Shown piece after piece: positions 20,009 to 29,922 of a DNA stretch of 60,064 bases. Each line of letters opens with the position of its first letter. Within the stretch, counting starts at the first letter, position 1. This DNA is from an uncultured Collinsella sp. GTDB taxonomy: Bacteria; Actinomycetota; Coriobacteriia; Coriobacteriales; Coriobacteriaceae. The stretch spans positions 1 to 60,064 of the forward strand of contig CAAELJ010000155.1 of the NCBI GenBank assembly GCA_900756725.1, given 5' to 3'. The notes beneath the pieces were generated by a model. The model saw nothing but the letters and a program-made list of their open reading frames with translations, was not told the origin of the DNA and did no database searches. The translations under genes and the position numbers were made by a program.

Positions 20009-21271
20009 GTGCAAAACACGAAGCAAAAGTCGGGCACCAAGCAAAAGCTGACCATCGCGGCCATCTTTGGCGCTATGGGCCCCGGTCTGCTGGCGGCGCT
20101 TTCGGGCAATGACGCCGGCGGCATTGCAACGTATTCCAGCGCGGGCGCCAGCTATGGCTACAAGATGCTCTGGATGCTTCCCGTCATGACTGTGCTGCTC
20201 ATCGTGACGCAGGAGACCGCGGCGCGCTGCGGCTGCGTCACGGGCAAGGGCCTGGCATCGCTCATTCGCGAGCGCTTTGGCGTGCGCAAGAGCGTGTTGG
20301 CCATGGCGGCGCTGTTGATCGCCAACACGGCTGTGACCATTTCGGAGTTTGCGGGCATCGCCAGCGGCCTTGCTCTCTTTGGCGTGCCGGCGAGCATCTC
20401 GGTGCCGTTGGTGGCGCTGCTGGTGTGGATGCTTACCATGTCGGGTAGTTTCCAGCGCATCGAGAAGATTCTGCTGCTGGTGAGCTGCGTGTTCGTGACC
20501 TATATCGTCGCCGCGTTTATGGCTGGCCCCAACTGGGGTGAGGTCGCGGTCGACCTGGTCGTGCCCAACATTCAAAATGACCCCAGCTACGTGTCGCTCG
20601 TGGTCGCAACGATCGGTACCACTATCGCGCCGTGGATGATTTTCTTGGCGCAGAACAACGTGGTCGATAAGAACGCGGGCGAGGACGATATCGTGCTGCA
20701 GCGCATCGATACCGTGAGCGGCTCGCTTGCCGCTGATGTCATTGCCGGCTTTATTATCATTACGACCGGTACGGTGCTGTTCCCGGCGGGTATTCAGATT
20801 AGCGATGCTGCCGATGCTGCCCGCGCGCTGGAGCCTATTGCGGGTCAGTGGTCTACGGTACTGTTTGCCTCGGGCCTGGTCGCGGCGAGTTTCTTGGCTG
20901 CCTGCGTGCTGCCGGGCGTTACGTCGAGCGCTATCTGCGAGGCATTTGGCTGGGAGCGCGGTGCCGATCGCAGCTGGGACGAGGCCCCGGTCTATCGCGG
21001 TATCATTACGGCCATCATCGGTATCTCTGCCGTGCTGGTGCTTATGCCCGGCGTCGATCTGTTCCAGATTATGATGACCTCGCAGGTCATCAATGGCGTG
21101 CTACTGCCCGTGGTTCTGGTGTTCCAAGTGGTTATCGCCGCCGACCGTCACATTATGGGCGCCAACCGCAACGGCCGCGTGTGGAACGTGCTCACGTGGG
21201 CGACTATCGCCGTGATTACGGTGCTCACGGTCGTCATGTTTGTCCTGCAGGCGATGGGTTACAGCGCTTAG
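20009..21271 (+). CDS. NRAMP-related Mg2+ transporter (NRMT type)
   Basis: MGPGLL..GNDAGG (DAGG in place of DPGN), IGTTIAPW (no Met) and SQVINGVLLP. GTG start at 20009. Confidence 0.85.
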   Translation: MQNTKQKSGTKQKLTIAAIFGAMGPGLLAALSGNDAGGIATYSSAGASYGYKMLWMLPVMTVLLIVTQETAARCGCVTGKGLASLIRERFGVRKSVLAMAALLIANTAVTISEFAGIASGLALFGVPASISVPLVALLVWMLTMSGSFQRIEKILLLVSCVFVTYIVAAFMAGPNWGEVAVDLVVPNIQNDPSYVSLVVATIGTTIAPWMIFLAQNNVVDKNAGEDDIVLQRIDTVSGSLAADVIAGFIIITTGTVLFPAGIQISDAADAARALEPIAGQWSTVLFASGLVAASFLAACVLPGVTSSAICEAFGWERGADRSWDEAPVYRGIITAIIGISAVLVLMPGVDLFQIMMTSQVINGVLLPVVLVFQVVIAADRHIMGANRNGRVWNVLTWATIAVITVLTVVMFVLQAMGYSA

Positions 21272-21289
21272 CGCCCACTTTTGCTTCCG

Positions 21290-21324
21290 AACAGGCCGCA
21301 GCGATGGACTGCGGCCTGTTTTTT
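21290..21324 (+). terminator. Intrinsic terminator
   Basis: AACAGGCCGCAG / CTGCGGCCTGTT stem followed by a T-run. Confidence 0.85.
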
Positions 21325-21353
21325 GCCCGCTATAGGGCATTAGTTATATGGCA

Positions 21354-21583
21354 GTGGACAAAAAATGCCAAATATGAGTACTGTTGCTAAGTGAATAGCA
21401 TTTACATCCAAGAAGATAATGGACATAGCCGATAGTATGTTCATTAAAATTGACTCCAATATGTCTTAAACCAGTCAGGTTGGCTGCTTTAGGGGGTTGT
21501 AGGGGTCGCTCGGACGTCATTTTGGGTGGTTTTGCCTGCTACTAAAATGGTAACAGTACTCATATTTGCCCCTTTTTGTCCAC
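21354..21583. repeat. Inverted-repeat element with 36-bp arms and AT-rich 158-bp spacer
   Basis: 21354-21389 versus the reverse complement of 21548-21583 match at 31/36 positions, with a perfect core CAAATATGAGTACTGTT. Confidence 0.8.
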
Positions 21584-21756
21584 GACCCCTTGGAGCCGGC
21601 TCGAAAAGAGTGATTTTGGGTTGTTTGCTGCGGGTGTGGGCTTGGAAACAACGTTCGGGGTGGCGAGGCGCCCAGAATTTGGTCGCAAGGAGGGCGTTCC
21701 TCGGCTGTGTCAGGAGTGTCCCTGGGTGCCGGCACATAAGGAACGTCCCTAACTGT

Positions 21757-21792
21757 CGGAGGGGGTGCCTGCCGTGGCGGGCACCCCCTCCG
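21757..21792 (-). terminator. GC-rich hairpin downstream of the acyltransferase
   Basis: CGGAGGGGGTGCCTGCC / GGCGGGCACCCCCTCCG. Confidence 0.55.
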
Positions 21793-21816
21793 GATGTGGG
21801 AAGTTTGCGCTGCAGG

Positions 21817-24033
21817 TTACTTGTCGGTGCCCAGCTTGTGCGGCTTGAGAGCGAGCGCATTGACGAGCGCGTCGGTGGCAGACTTGACGGCCGCCGGCTG
21901 CGGATCGTTGACGTGATCCTCGGGATGCACGGGCAGGTCCTTCTTGACTGCATCGTGGATCAAGTTGAGGTACTCAGTCACGCCAGTGGTCGACAGGTGC
22001 GTGCCATCGCCATCGAACAGGTCGTTGCGATTGGCACTGTATCCGTACCAGTCGATAACGCGCACGTTCTTGTAGCGCGTAGCAGCGTTGGCGATGGCCT
22101 GGTTGGTAGAGCCAACCCACGGCTGCGGGCTGCGCGTGTTCACAAACACCACAATACGCTTATCTCCTGCATCGGTCATGATGGCGTCGATCTGGTCGTC
22201 GGTTACCAAGCCGTTGGTGCCCAGTGCAAAGACCACGATCTTGCCGGCAAGGTTCTGTTGGAGATAGCCCTCAAATGTCGCGCGGCCCGCATCAAACTGG
22301 CGGCCCTTTTCGGCATCGATATGGCTGTGCGGGAACACGCCGTCAAAGGAATCAACGGCGCGCAGCGACACGGAGTCACCGATCATCAACAGGTCGTAGG
22401 AGCCATCGGGGAAGCCGTCGTTGTCCTTGTCGGTGTCGTCGGCCGCCTGTTGGTCTGTGGGCGCGGTGTTTTTGGCTTCCTTGTTGAGGACTTCGGCGCC
22501 CTCACCGCTCAGCGCAGACGTCTCGGGCACAAAGATCAGGCCGCCCAGTGCAACGACCAACACGACAGCGCAGGCTGCGCAGACAGGGACGTGCGCGCGC
22601 ACCCAGTTGGCGGGCGCGGTGGTGCCGTCGCGGAACTCGGATACGGTGCGCCCAAAGGCGCCCTTTCTAAACGGCGTCTCGATAAAGCGATATGAACATT
22701 CGGCTACGGCGACCACCAACAACACCTGCAAAATGTACTGCCACCACGGCGTATCGTTGATGTTGGCGACCGGGTTCATGAGCAACAGTAGCGGATAGTG
22801 CCACAGGTAGATGCTGTACGAGCGCTTGCCAACCCACACGAGCGGCTCGGCGGACAGTGCGCGGGCAACCATTCCCTGGGGCTGCACGCAGGCCGCGATG
22901 ACCATGAGCGTGAGGATGGAGCATAGCAGCGTGCCGCCGCGATACTGGAACGCGGTGTAGCCGTTGGTGAGCGCGACCATGGCGGCAAGGCCAACCAGAC
23001 CCACGACGCCCAACACATCGATGGATGCGGGCGAGGACCAAAAGCGCACGAGGGCGCTCGGCTGTGCCGGGACGGTCTCGGCTGCGTTGTCGGCCTTCTC
23101 GCCAGGCTTGCCCTCGGCGTTCTTGCCGTGCTTGGCGGCGCCAGCCAGGCGATTGAGCCCCAAACGATGAGCGAGACGCACCGGCGCCAGGTCGCGATTG
23201 GGGATAAAGGCCATCCAGGCGCCCAGCAGCAGCGAGAAGACGCGGGTGTCGGTGCCGTAGTACACGCGGCTGGGGTCGGCGGCAGGGTTGTAGAGCACCA
23301 TCATGGCAAGGGCGGATACCGCTGCGAGTCCCAGGACCACACGGCGCGTGTTGGGTTTGCTCACATGCATGGACACCATGGCAAACAGCAGCGGTGGCCA
23401 AACCAGGTAGAATTGTTCCTCGATGGCGAGCGACCAAAAGTGCGTAAGCGGCGAGGGGTCGCCCAGGGCGTTGAAGTACGAAACGTCCTGCATAATCTGC
23501 CACCAGTTGTTAAAGAACAGCAGCGACGGCAGAATGTCGGGACGCATCTTGGTGAGCATCACGTGGTTGAAGACGGTGCACAGCGCACAGGTTACAACCA
23601 CAACGGTCACCACGGCGGGGACCAGGCGACGGATGCGGCGGATCCAGAAGCTCTTGAGGTCGATGCGGCCGGTCTTTGATACTTCGTTGATGAGCAGGCG
23701 CGTGATCAGGTAGCCCGAGAGCACAAAGAAAATCGTGACTCCAAGCAAGCCGCCCTGCGCCCAGGTGAGGTTGAGGTGATAGAGCACCACCGCGACGACG
23801 GCAAGCGTGCGCAGACCGTCGAGGGCGGGGATATACCGAGATTTGGGGCGCGCGGGCACCTGCTCTTTTGTGGCGCTGCTGGCGTGGGCGCCCTTGTTGG
23901 CAGACGCGCGATGGGGGTCTGCGGCTTGGCGCGGCTCGGAGGTTTGGCGGCTGGCGCGCGAGCGTTCGTGCGGCGCCTGTTGATCGCTCGAGTGGCGTGA
24001 GCTGCGCGAGTTCGATCGCGGGAATTGTTCCAT
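21817..24033 (-). CDS. OatA/OafA-type O-acyltransferase (acyltransferase_3 + SGNH domain)
   Basis: LDGLR, FFVLSGYLIT, RRIRRL, HFWSLAIEEQFY, GKRSYSIYLWH, and C-terminal IGDS and DGTH motifs. Confidence 0.92.
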   Translation of the reverse strand: MEQFPRSNSRSSRHSSDQQAPHERSRASRQTSEPRQAADPHRASANKGAHASSATKEQVPARPKSRYIPALDGLRTLAVVAVVLYHLNLTWAQGGLLGVTIFFVLSGYLITRLLINEVSKTGRIDLKSFWIRRIRRLVPAVVTVVVVTCALCTVFNHVMLTKMRPDILPSLLFFNNWWQIMQDVSYFNALGDPSPLTHFWSLAIEEQFYLVWPPLLFAMVSMHVSKPNTRRVVLGLAAVSALAMMVLYNPAADPSRVYYGTDTRVFSLLLGAWMAFIPNRDLAPVRLAHRLGLNRLAGAAKHGKNAEGKPGEKADNAAETVPAQPSALVRFWSSPASIDVLGVVGLVGLAAMVALTNGYTAFQYRGGTLLCSILTLMVIAACVQPQGMVARALSAEPLVWVGKRSYSIYLWHYPLLLLMNPVANINDTPWWQYILQVLLVVAVAECSYRFIETPFRKGAFGRTVSEFRDGTTAPANWVRAHVPVCAACAVVLVVALGGLIFVPETSALSGEGAEVLNKEAKNTAPTDQQAADDTDKDNDGFPDGSYDLLMIGDSVSLRAVDSFDGVFPHSHIDAEKGRQFDAGRATFEGYLQQNLAGKIVVFALGTNGLVTDDQIDAIMTDAGDKRIVVFVNTRSPQPWVGSTNQAIANAATRYKNVRVIDWYGYSANRNDLFDGDGTHLSTTGVTEYLNLIHDAVKKDLPVHPEDHVNDPQPAAVKSATDALVNALALKPHKLGTDK

Positions 24034-24220
24034 AAAACATCATCCAAATGACGAGAATAATCAGCACGCCTTTATTGTAGCCGCCTGCTCCTGTGAATGC
24101 TTGCTGCTGGCGCAAGCTCAAGCGCGCGTCCACATCAAAGTGAACTAAAGTTATAGAGGCGTGAGAGCGCACGATCGACGACCGGCAGCGGGTGCAGAGC
24201 CCGCGGACGAGGAGGTTTCC

Positions 24221-25216
24221 ATGGCAGATTGCGGCATCGTCGCGGTGTTCGGCAGCATGAACATGGACCTTTCGGTGGCGTGCGAGCGCATGCCGCGTGC
24301 GGGCGAGACCGTCGGCGGCAGCGGGTTTATCACCAACGCCGGCGGAAAAGGCGCCAACCAGGCCGTAGCGGCTGCGCGCATGGGCGCGCACACATGCATG
24401 ATCGGTGCGGTCGGTCGCGACGCGTTTGGCACGTCGCTCGTGACGGGGCTCCAAGACGCTGGCGTGAGCTGCGATTTTGTGGCGCGTCGCGACGACGTGG
24501 AGACGGGAACGGCGACCATCATTCGCTTTGGTGGCGACAACCGTATTGTGCTGTCGCCGGGCGCCAACCATGCGCTTACGGGCGAGGACGTTGCCTGCGC
24601 GCTGAGGTGCCTGGTGGCCGATGAACTCGACGGCGACGCCAGCAAGATTGCCCCGGCTGCCGGAAGCGTCTTTATCGCCCAGGGCGAATGCGACCTGGCG
24701 GCGACGGCCGAGGCACTCGTTTGCGCTCACGAGCTGGGGTTCTATACGGTCTTTAACCCGGCGCCGGCAAGTGACGTGCCGGCAGGGGCTTGGACGGCGG
24801 TCGACCTGGTCTGTCCCAACGAGACCGAGTGCCAGGTGCTGACGGGCATCTTGCCCGCGGATGATACGAGCTGCGCCGCAGCGCTCAATGCCCTGCTCGC
24901 CAAGGGTGCCGGAGCTGCGGTCATCACGTTGGGCGGTGCCGGGTCGGTTACGCTCGGCGACGACGGCGAGCTGCTGCGCATGCCGGCGCTTTCGAGCACG
25001 GTGGTCGATACGACGGCCGCGGGCGATACGTTTATCGGTGCGCTTGCCGCGGCTCGTCTGGAGGGCCTGCCGCTCTTTGAGTGCATGGCCGCGGGTGCCC
25101 GTGCCTCGGCGGTGACGGTGTCGCGCTTGGGTGCACAGCAGTCGATTCCCACGCGTGGCGAAGTCGAGCGCGCGTTTGGTTTAGACGATTACGTACAAGA
25201 CGGAGAAGCGGAGTAG
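24221..25216 (+). CDS. rbsK: Ribokinase (PfkB family)
   Basis: GSMNMD, GGKGANQAVAAAR, NPAPA, PNETE and DTTAAGDTF motifs. Confidence 0.85.
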   Translation: MADCGIVAVFGSMNMDLSVACERMPRAGETVGGSGFITNAGGKGANQAVAAARMGAHTCMIGAVGRDAFGTSLVTGLQDAGVSCDFVARRDDVETGTATIIRFGGDNRIVLSPGANHALTGEDVACALRCLVADELDGDASKIAPAAGSVFIAQGECDLAATAEALVCAHELGFYTVFNPAPASDVPAGAWTAVDLVCPNETECQVLTGILPADDTSCAAALNALLAKGAGAAVITLGGAGSVTLGDDGELLRMPALSSTVVDTTAAGDTFIGALAAARLEGLPLFECMAAGARASAVTVSRLGAQQSIPTRGEVERAFGLDDYVQDGEAE

Positions 25217-25220
25217 AACA

Positions 25221-26195
25221 ATGGCAATCAAGAAGCTGATCCTTGATCTGGATATGGGTGTGGACGATGCGATGGCGCTTGCCTATGCCATCGCGAGCCC
25301 CGAGGTGGAGCTCGTGGGCATCACCACGTGCTTTGGCAACGTGCGCGTCGAGCAGTCGGCGCATAACTGCCTGGCGGTGCTCGACCTGTTGGGTCGTCCC
25401 GAGGTGCCGGTGTATCTGGGTGCCGACCGTCCCCTACAGGCGACCGAGCCCTATACGCCACCGGCGTCCACCACGCTCATCCACGGCAAGAACGGCATCG
25501 GCGGCGCGAGCGTGCCCGCGTCTCCCTACGAGCCAGTGGGGGCGACCTCGGCCGATGGCAATGCCGCGGTCGATTATCTGATCGATGCCGCGCGCACCTA
25601 TGGGCCCGATCTGGTCTACGTAGCGACCGGCCCGCTCTCCAACCTGGCACTTGCCTTGGAGCGCGATGCGGCGGCGATGATGTCTATCGGCCGCGTGGTG
25701 GTGATGGGCGGCGCCCTGACCGTGCCCGGTAACGTGAGCGCGGGTGCCGAGGCCAACATGGCAAGCGATCCCGAGGCCGCCGATGCCGTGCTGCGCTCGG
25801 GCCGCAAGCTCACCATGGTGGGCCTGGACGTGACGCATCGCGTGGTGCTCACGCGCCGCGATGTTGCCGGCTGGACAGGCTCGGGCACCATGGCGGGCTG
25901 CGCATTTGCGAGCATGGTCGAGCACTACATTGGCTCGTACGAGATGAACGCACCCTACCTGGGTGGTTGCGCACTGCACGATCCCCTGGCCGTTGCCGTG
26001 GCGATCGACCCCACGCTCGTGGGTGCGCTCGGCTGCAATCTGCGTGTCGACCTGCTGGGCGAGTACCGTGGCCGCACCATCTGCGACGAGCACCGCCTGT
26101 CCGATCCCGACAAGAGCGCGCTTGTGGCGCTGACCGTTGACGCCCCGCGCTTCCTGTCCGAGTTTAAGGCGCGCATGGCCCGCGTCCTAGGTTAA
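25221..26195 (+). CDS. Inosine/uridine-preferring nucleoside hydrolase
   Basis: DLDMGVDD, TGPLSN, MGG, AEAN..DPEAA and LHDP motifs. Confidence 0.92.
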   Translation: MAIKKLILDLDMGVDDAMALAYAIASPEVELVGITTCFGNVRVEQSAHNCLAVLDLLGRPEVPVYLGADRPLQATEPYTPPASTTLIHGKNGIGGASVPASPYEPVGATSADGNAAVDYLIDAARTYGPDLVYVATGPLSNLALALERDAAAMMSIGRVVVMGGALTVPGNVSAGAEANMASDPEAADAVLRSGRKLTMVGLDVTHRVVLTRRDVAGWTGSGTMAGCAFASMVEHYIGSYEMNAPYLGGCALHDPLAVAVAIDPTLVGALGCNLRVDLLGEYRGRTICDEHRLSDPDKSALVALTVDAPRFLSEFKARMARVLG

Positions 26196-26220
26196 ACGAT
26201 TCCTGCACCCCGCCCCATGT

Positions 26221-26249
26221 AGTCAATTTGGGACGGGGCTTTTTTAGCT
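26221..26249 (+). repeat. REP-like hairpin, family 3 (GGGACGGGG core)
   Basis: AGTCAATTTGGGACGGGGCTTTTTTAGCT. Related copies lie at 32571-32599 and (inverted) 32627-32655. Confidence 0.75.
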
Positions 26250-26293
26250 ACCGAGCAAATGCGCCCGTTGGGGGAATAGTCGTGCCACTTCGC

Positions 26294-26340
26294 TTGACAA
26301 CAGGCTAAACTAGCTCATAAACATTTACTATTATGTTTAG
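26294..26340 (+). promoter_or_regulatory. lacI-family gene promoter with TAAAC/GTTTA operator-like half sites
   Basis: TTGACA at 26294, CTAAAC at 26305, TAAACATTTA at 26318 and GTTTAG at 26335. Confidence 0.5.
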
Positions 26341-26414
26341 TTTGAATTTGCGGCCGTTTAGTTGCCGAGCCATCGAGTCGCGATGCTCCACCACGGCCGC
26401 CGCTAGGGGGACCA

Positions 26415-27425
26415 ATGGCCAAAGCAAGTGTTCGCGAGATCAGCCGCATCACCGGTTTTTCGCCCGCAACCGTGTCCAACGCGCTCAACCGCAAGCGCAG
26501 CGTGAGCGAGGAGACCGCCAAGGTCATCCTGGAGTGTGCGCAGTCGCTCGGCTATCAGCAGTCGACGCAGCTCGAGAGCATCCAGTTTGTACTTGCGCGC
26601 AAGACGGGCGCCATCCTGGACGAGAGCACCTTCCATCCCGCGGTCATCGAGGGCGTGGAGCGCCAGGCGCGTCGTCACGGCATGAGCACGAGCTTTGTCA
26701 CACTCGACTTTAGCGACCTGGACGCCGTGCGCCCGCAGGTCGAGGGCCTGATCGCCGATCCGTCTGCTGCTATCGTGCTGATGGGCACCGAGCTGGGCGA
26801 GGAAGACTACGCCCTGTTCGCCAACGCTGCCGCCCACCTGATCGTGCTCGACGGTTGGAGCGATCGCCAGTACTTCGATGCCGTGGTCATTGCTAACACC
26901 GATTCGGTGCTGCGTGCCGTGGACTACCTTATCGAGAAGGGCCACAGACAAATCGGCTACCTGGCAGGCGACCTTCGCATTCGCAACTTTAAAGATCGTG
27001 AGCGCGGCTATCGCCAAGCGCTTGAGGATGCGGACCTCGAGGCCAACCCGACCTGGCACGTCACGCTGGGCACCACGCTCGAGGGTGCTTATCGCGACAT
27101 GGGCGCGTGGCTCGACGGCGTCTCGCGCGATGACTTGCCGACGGCCTTCTTTGCCGAGAACGACGTGCTCGCCGTGGGCGCTATGCGCGCCCTGAACGAG
27201 CACGGCATACGCGTGCCCGAGGATGTTTCGATCATCGGCTTTGACGACCTATCTTTGGGCGCTTTCTCCAACCCGCCGCTCACCACGGTGCACGTTCCCA
27301 AGCACGAGGTGGGCGAGATCGCGGTGCGCCGTCTGGTGGGCAACATCCGCAATCCCAAGAGCTACACCTGCAAGACAGCCGTATCGACCTATTTTGTCGA
27401 GCGCCAGAGCGTGCGCGAGCTCTAG
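26415..27425 (+). CDS. LacI-family transcriptional regulator
   Basis: N-terminal HTH (SVREISRITGFSPATVSNALN), GHRQIG and VPEDVSIIGFDD...PPLTTV. Confidence 0.95.
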   Translation: MAKASVREISRITGFSPATVSNALNRKRSVSEETAKVILECAQSLGYQQSTQLESIQFVLARKTGAILDESTFHPAVIEGVERQARRHGMSTSFVTLDFSDLDAVRPQVEGLIADPSAAIVLMGTELGEEDYALFANAAAHLIVLDGWSDRQYFDAVVIANTDSVLRAVDYLIEKGHRQIGYLAGDLRIRNFKDRERGYRQALEDADLEANPTWHVTLGTTLEGAYRDMGAWLDGVSRDDLPTAFFAENDVLAVGAMRALNEHGIRVPEDVSIIGFDDLSLGAFSNPPLTTVHVPKHEVGEIAVRRLVGNIRNPKSYTCKTAVSTYFVERQSVREL

Positions 27426-27486
27426 GCGAAAGCGGCATCGCACGCGCCGTGCCAAGATGCGCGGGGCGGCACGCATAACGTCGTTC

Positions 27487-27516
27487 AAAGAGGGGGTCCT
27501 TCGGGGCCCTCTTTTT
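27487..27516 (+). terminator. Intrinsic terminator
   Basis: AAAGAGGGGGTCC-TTCG-GGGCCCTCTTTTT. Confidence 0.7.
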
Positions 27517-27537
27517 GTTCCCCTTGTATGTTCAGAT

Positions 27538-27661
27538 TGTTTACATACCGTTTAGGCTGATTTCTCTACCGTCTACGGGTATTTCGCGTTAAACTTCTAA
27601 ACAGAAGAGTAAAACATTTAGTAAACAGAACAAAACGAAACACGCGTCTGTTTACTGAACA
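27538..27661 (+). promoter_or_regulatory. AT-rich promoter/operator region of the isomerase operon
   Basis: Dense TAAAC/GTTTA sites. TGTTTACTGAAC (27649-27660) is the exact reverse complement of 51732-51743. Confidence 0.6.
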
Positions 27662-27682
27662 TGTGACTAGGGGAGGACGTAC

Positions 27683-29083
27683 ATGGATAAGATCAAGCTC
27701 GGTTTTGTGCCCACGCGCCGCAGCATCTTTAGCGCGCCGGACGCGATCAAGTATCGCGGCCTGACGGCTGATCGCCTGCGCGAGATCGGCGTCGACATCG
27801 TGGATATCGACGACATCAACGACGAGGGCCTGCTGTTCGATGACAGCCATATCGAGCCTATCGTCAAGAAGTTCCGCGCCGAGGGCGTCGACGGCATCAT
27901 GCTGTGCCACGCCAACTTTGGCACCGAGTATGTCTGCGCCCGCCTTGCCCGCGAGCTCGGCCTGCCCGTGCTGCTGTGGGGCCCGCGCGACGAGCGCCCC
28001 GAGCCCGATGGCACCCGTCTGCGCGATAGCCAGTGCGGCCTGTTCGCCACCGGCAAGGTCCTGCGCCGCTTCCGGGTTCCCTTCACCTATATGACCAACT
28101 GCCGCCTGACCGACCCCGAGTTCGAGCGCGGCGTCTGGGACTTCTTGGCTGTGTGCAACGTGGTCAAGACCTTCAAGCACACCCGCATTCTGCAGATGGC
28201 CACCCGTCCGTTCGACTTCTGGTCCACGATGTGCAACGAGGGTGAGCTGCTCGAAAAGTTCAATATCCAGCTTTCGCCCATCCCCATGACCGAGCTTGTC
28301 CAGGCCGTGCGCGATGCCCAGGCCGACGAGCAGGCCATGAACGCCATGCTCGCCCACATCACCGACAGCTTTGAGATCTGCATCCCCGAGGACAAGGTCC
28401 CCGCGGTCGCAGGGCTCGCCATCGCCATGAAGCGCCTGGTCGAGAAGTACGGTTGCAACGCCGGCGCCATCCAGTGCTGGAACGCCCTGCAGGACGAGCT
28501 GGGCATTATGCCCTGCGCCGCCAACGCCATCCTCAACGAGATGGGCATCCCCGTCGTGTGCGAGACCGATATCCACGGCGCCATCACCGCGCTGATGGTC
28601 GAGGCGGCCGACCTGGGCCGTCACCGCGGCATGTTCGCCGACTGGACCGTGCGCCATCCCGATAACGAGAACGGCGAGCTGCTGCAGCACTGCGGCCCCT
28701 GGCCCTGCAGCTGTGCGGCCGTCAAGCCTAAGCTCACCTACCCGCTGGCCTTCGATCACCCCGGCGCGCTGACGGCCGAGGCCAAGCACGGCGACCTCAC
28801 CCTTGCCCGCTTTGACGGCGACAACGGCGAGTACTCGCTGCTGCTGGGCAACGCCCGCGGCATCGACGGCCCGGCCGGCATGGGCACCTACCTGTGGGTC
28901 GAGGTCGACAATCTCAAGCGCCTCGAGGCCAAGATCGTCGAGGGCCCCTACATCCACCACTGCGTCGCCATTCACGCCAACGTGGTGCCGGTGCTCTACG
29001 AGGTGTGCAAGTACATCGGCATTGCCCCCGACCTGTACGACCCGATTGAAGAAGACGTCAAAGCCTACCTGCGAGGAGAGTAG
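27683..29083 (+). CDS. L-fucose/L-arabinose isomerase-family sugar isomerase (candidate apiose isomerase)
   Basis: NFGTE, RDSQCG, AIQCW, VVCETDIHGA, HCGP and YIHH motifs typical of the FucI-like family. Confidence 0.85.
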   Translation: MDKIKLGFVPTRRSIFSAPDAIKYRGLTADRLREIGVDIVDIDDINDEGLLFDDSHIEPIVKKFRAEGVDGIMLCHANFGTEYVCARLARELGLPVLLWGPRDERPEPDGTRLRDSQCGLFATGKVLRRFRVPFTYMTNCRLTDPEFERGVWDFLAVCNVVKTFKHTRILQMATRPFDFWSTMCNEGELLEKFNIQLSPIPMTELVQAVRDAQADEQAMNAMLAHITDSFEICIPEDKVPAVAGLAIAMKRLVEKYGCNAGAIQCWNALQDELGIMPCAANAILNEMGIPVVCETDIHGAITALMVEAADLGRHRGMFADWTVRHPDNENGELLQHCGPWPCSCAAVKPKLTYPLAFDHPGALTAEAKHGDLTLARFDGDNGEYSLLLGNARGIDGPAGMGTYLWVEVDNLKRLEAKIVEGPYIHHCVAIHANVVPVLYEVCKYIGIAPDLYDPIEEDVKAYLRGE

Positions 29084-29085
29084 AA

Positions 29086-29922
29086 ATGGCAACTATCGAA
29101 GAGCTTGAGTCCCTGCGTTGGGACCTTCGCCGCGATTGCGTCGATATCATCATGGCTGGCGCCGGCGGCCACATCGGCGGCGACATGTCGGTGATCGACG
29201 CCCTCATGACCCTCTACGCCAACCACCTCAACATTTCGCCCGAGACCGTCGACGATCCCGGTCGCGACCGCTTCGTGCTCTCTAAGGGCCACGCCATGGA
29301 GGCCTACTACGCGGTGCTCTGCCACGAGGGCTATCTGGACCTCGACGACGTCAAGGCCCGCTTCTCCAAGTTCGGCAGCCCCTACATCGGTCACCCCAAC
29401 AACAAGCTCAAGGGCATCGAGATGAACTCCGGTTCGCTGGGCCATGGCCTGCCCGTGGCCGTGGGCATGGCGCTTGCCGGCAAGATGGACGGCCGCGACT
29501 ACCGCGTCTACACCATCATGGGTGACGGCGAGCTTGCCGAGGGCTCGGTCTGGGAGGGCGCCATGAGCGGCGGCAACTACCAGCTCGATAATCTGTGCGC
29601 GCTCGTGGACCGCAACCGCCTGCAGATCAGCGGCAGCACCGAGGACGTCATGAAGCAGGACTCGCAGGAGGAGCGCTGGGCCGCCTTCGGCTGGAACGTG
29701 CTCTCCATTCCGGGCAACGACGTCCAGGCCATCGACGCCGCGCTGACGCTGGCCGCCGAGACCAAGGGTAAGCCCACGGTCATCATCCTCAACACGGTGA
29801 AGGGCTATGGCTCGCCCGTTATGGAGGACAAGGCCTCCTGGCATCATCACCTGCCCAACGATGAGGAATATGCCCAGATCATCGCCGATTTCGCTGCCCA
29901 TAAGGAGGCCATCAATGGCTAA
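29086..29922 (+). CDS. Transketolase, N-terminal (ThDP-binding) subunit
   Basis: GHIGG, DRFVLSKGH, GSLGHG and GDGELAEG..WE motifs. Confidence 0.95.
   Translation: MATIEELESLRWDLRRDCVDIIMAGAGGHIGGDMSVIDALMTLYANHLNISPETVDDPGRDRFVLSKGHAMEAYYAVLCHEGYLDLDDVKARFSKFGSPYIGHPNNKLKGIEMNSGSLGHGLPVAVGMALAGKMDGRDYRVYTIMGDGELAEGSVWEGAMSGGNYQLDNLCALVDRNRLQISGSTEDVMKQDSQEERWAAFGWNVLSIPGNDVQAIDAALTLAAETKGKPTVIILNTVKGYGSPVMEDKASWHHHLPNDEEYAQIIADFAAHKEAING

Noticed and set aside
21489..21953. Small ORFs in the 21.3-21.8 kb intergenic region
   Set aside because: They overlap repeats and the oatA-like 3' end, and have no RBS or protein-like features.
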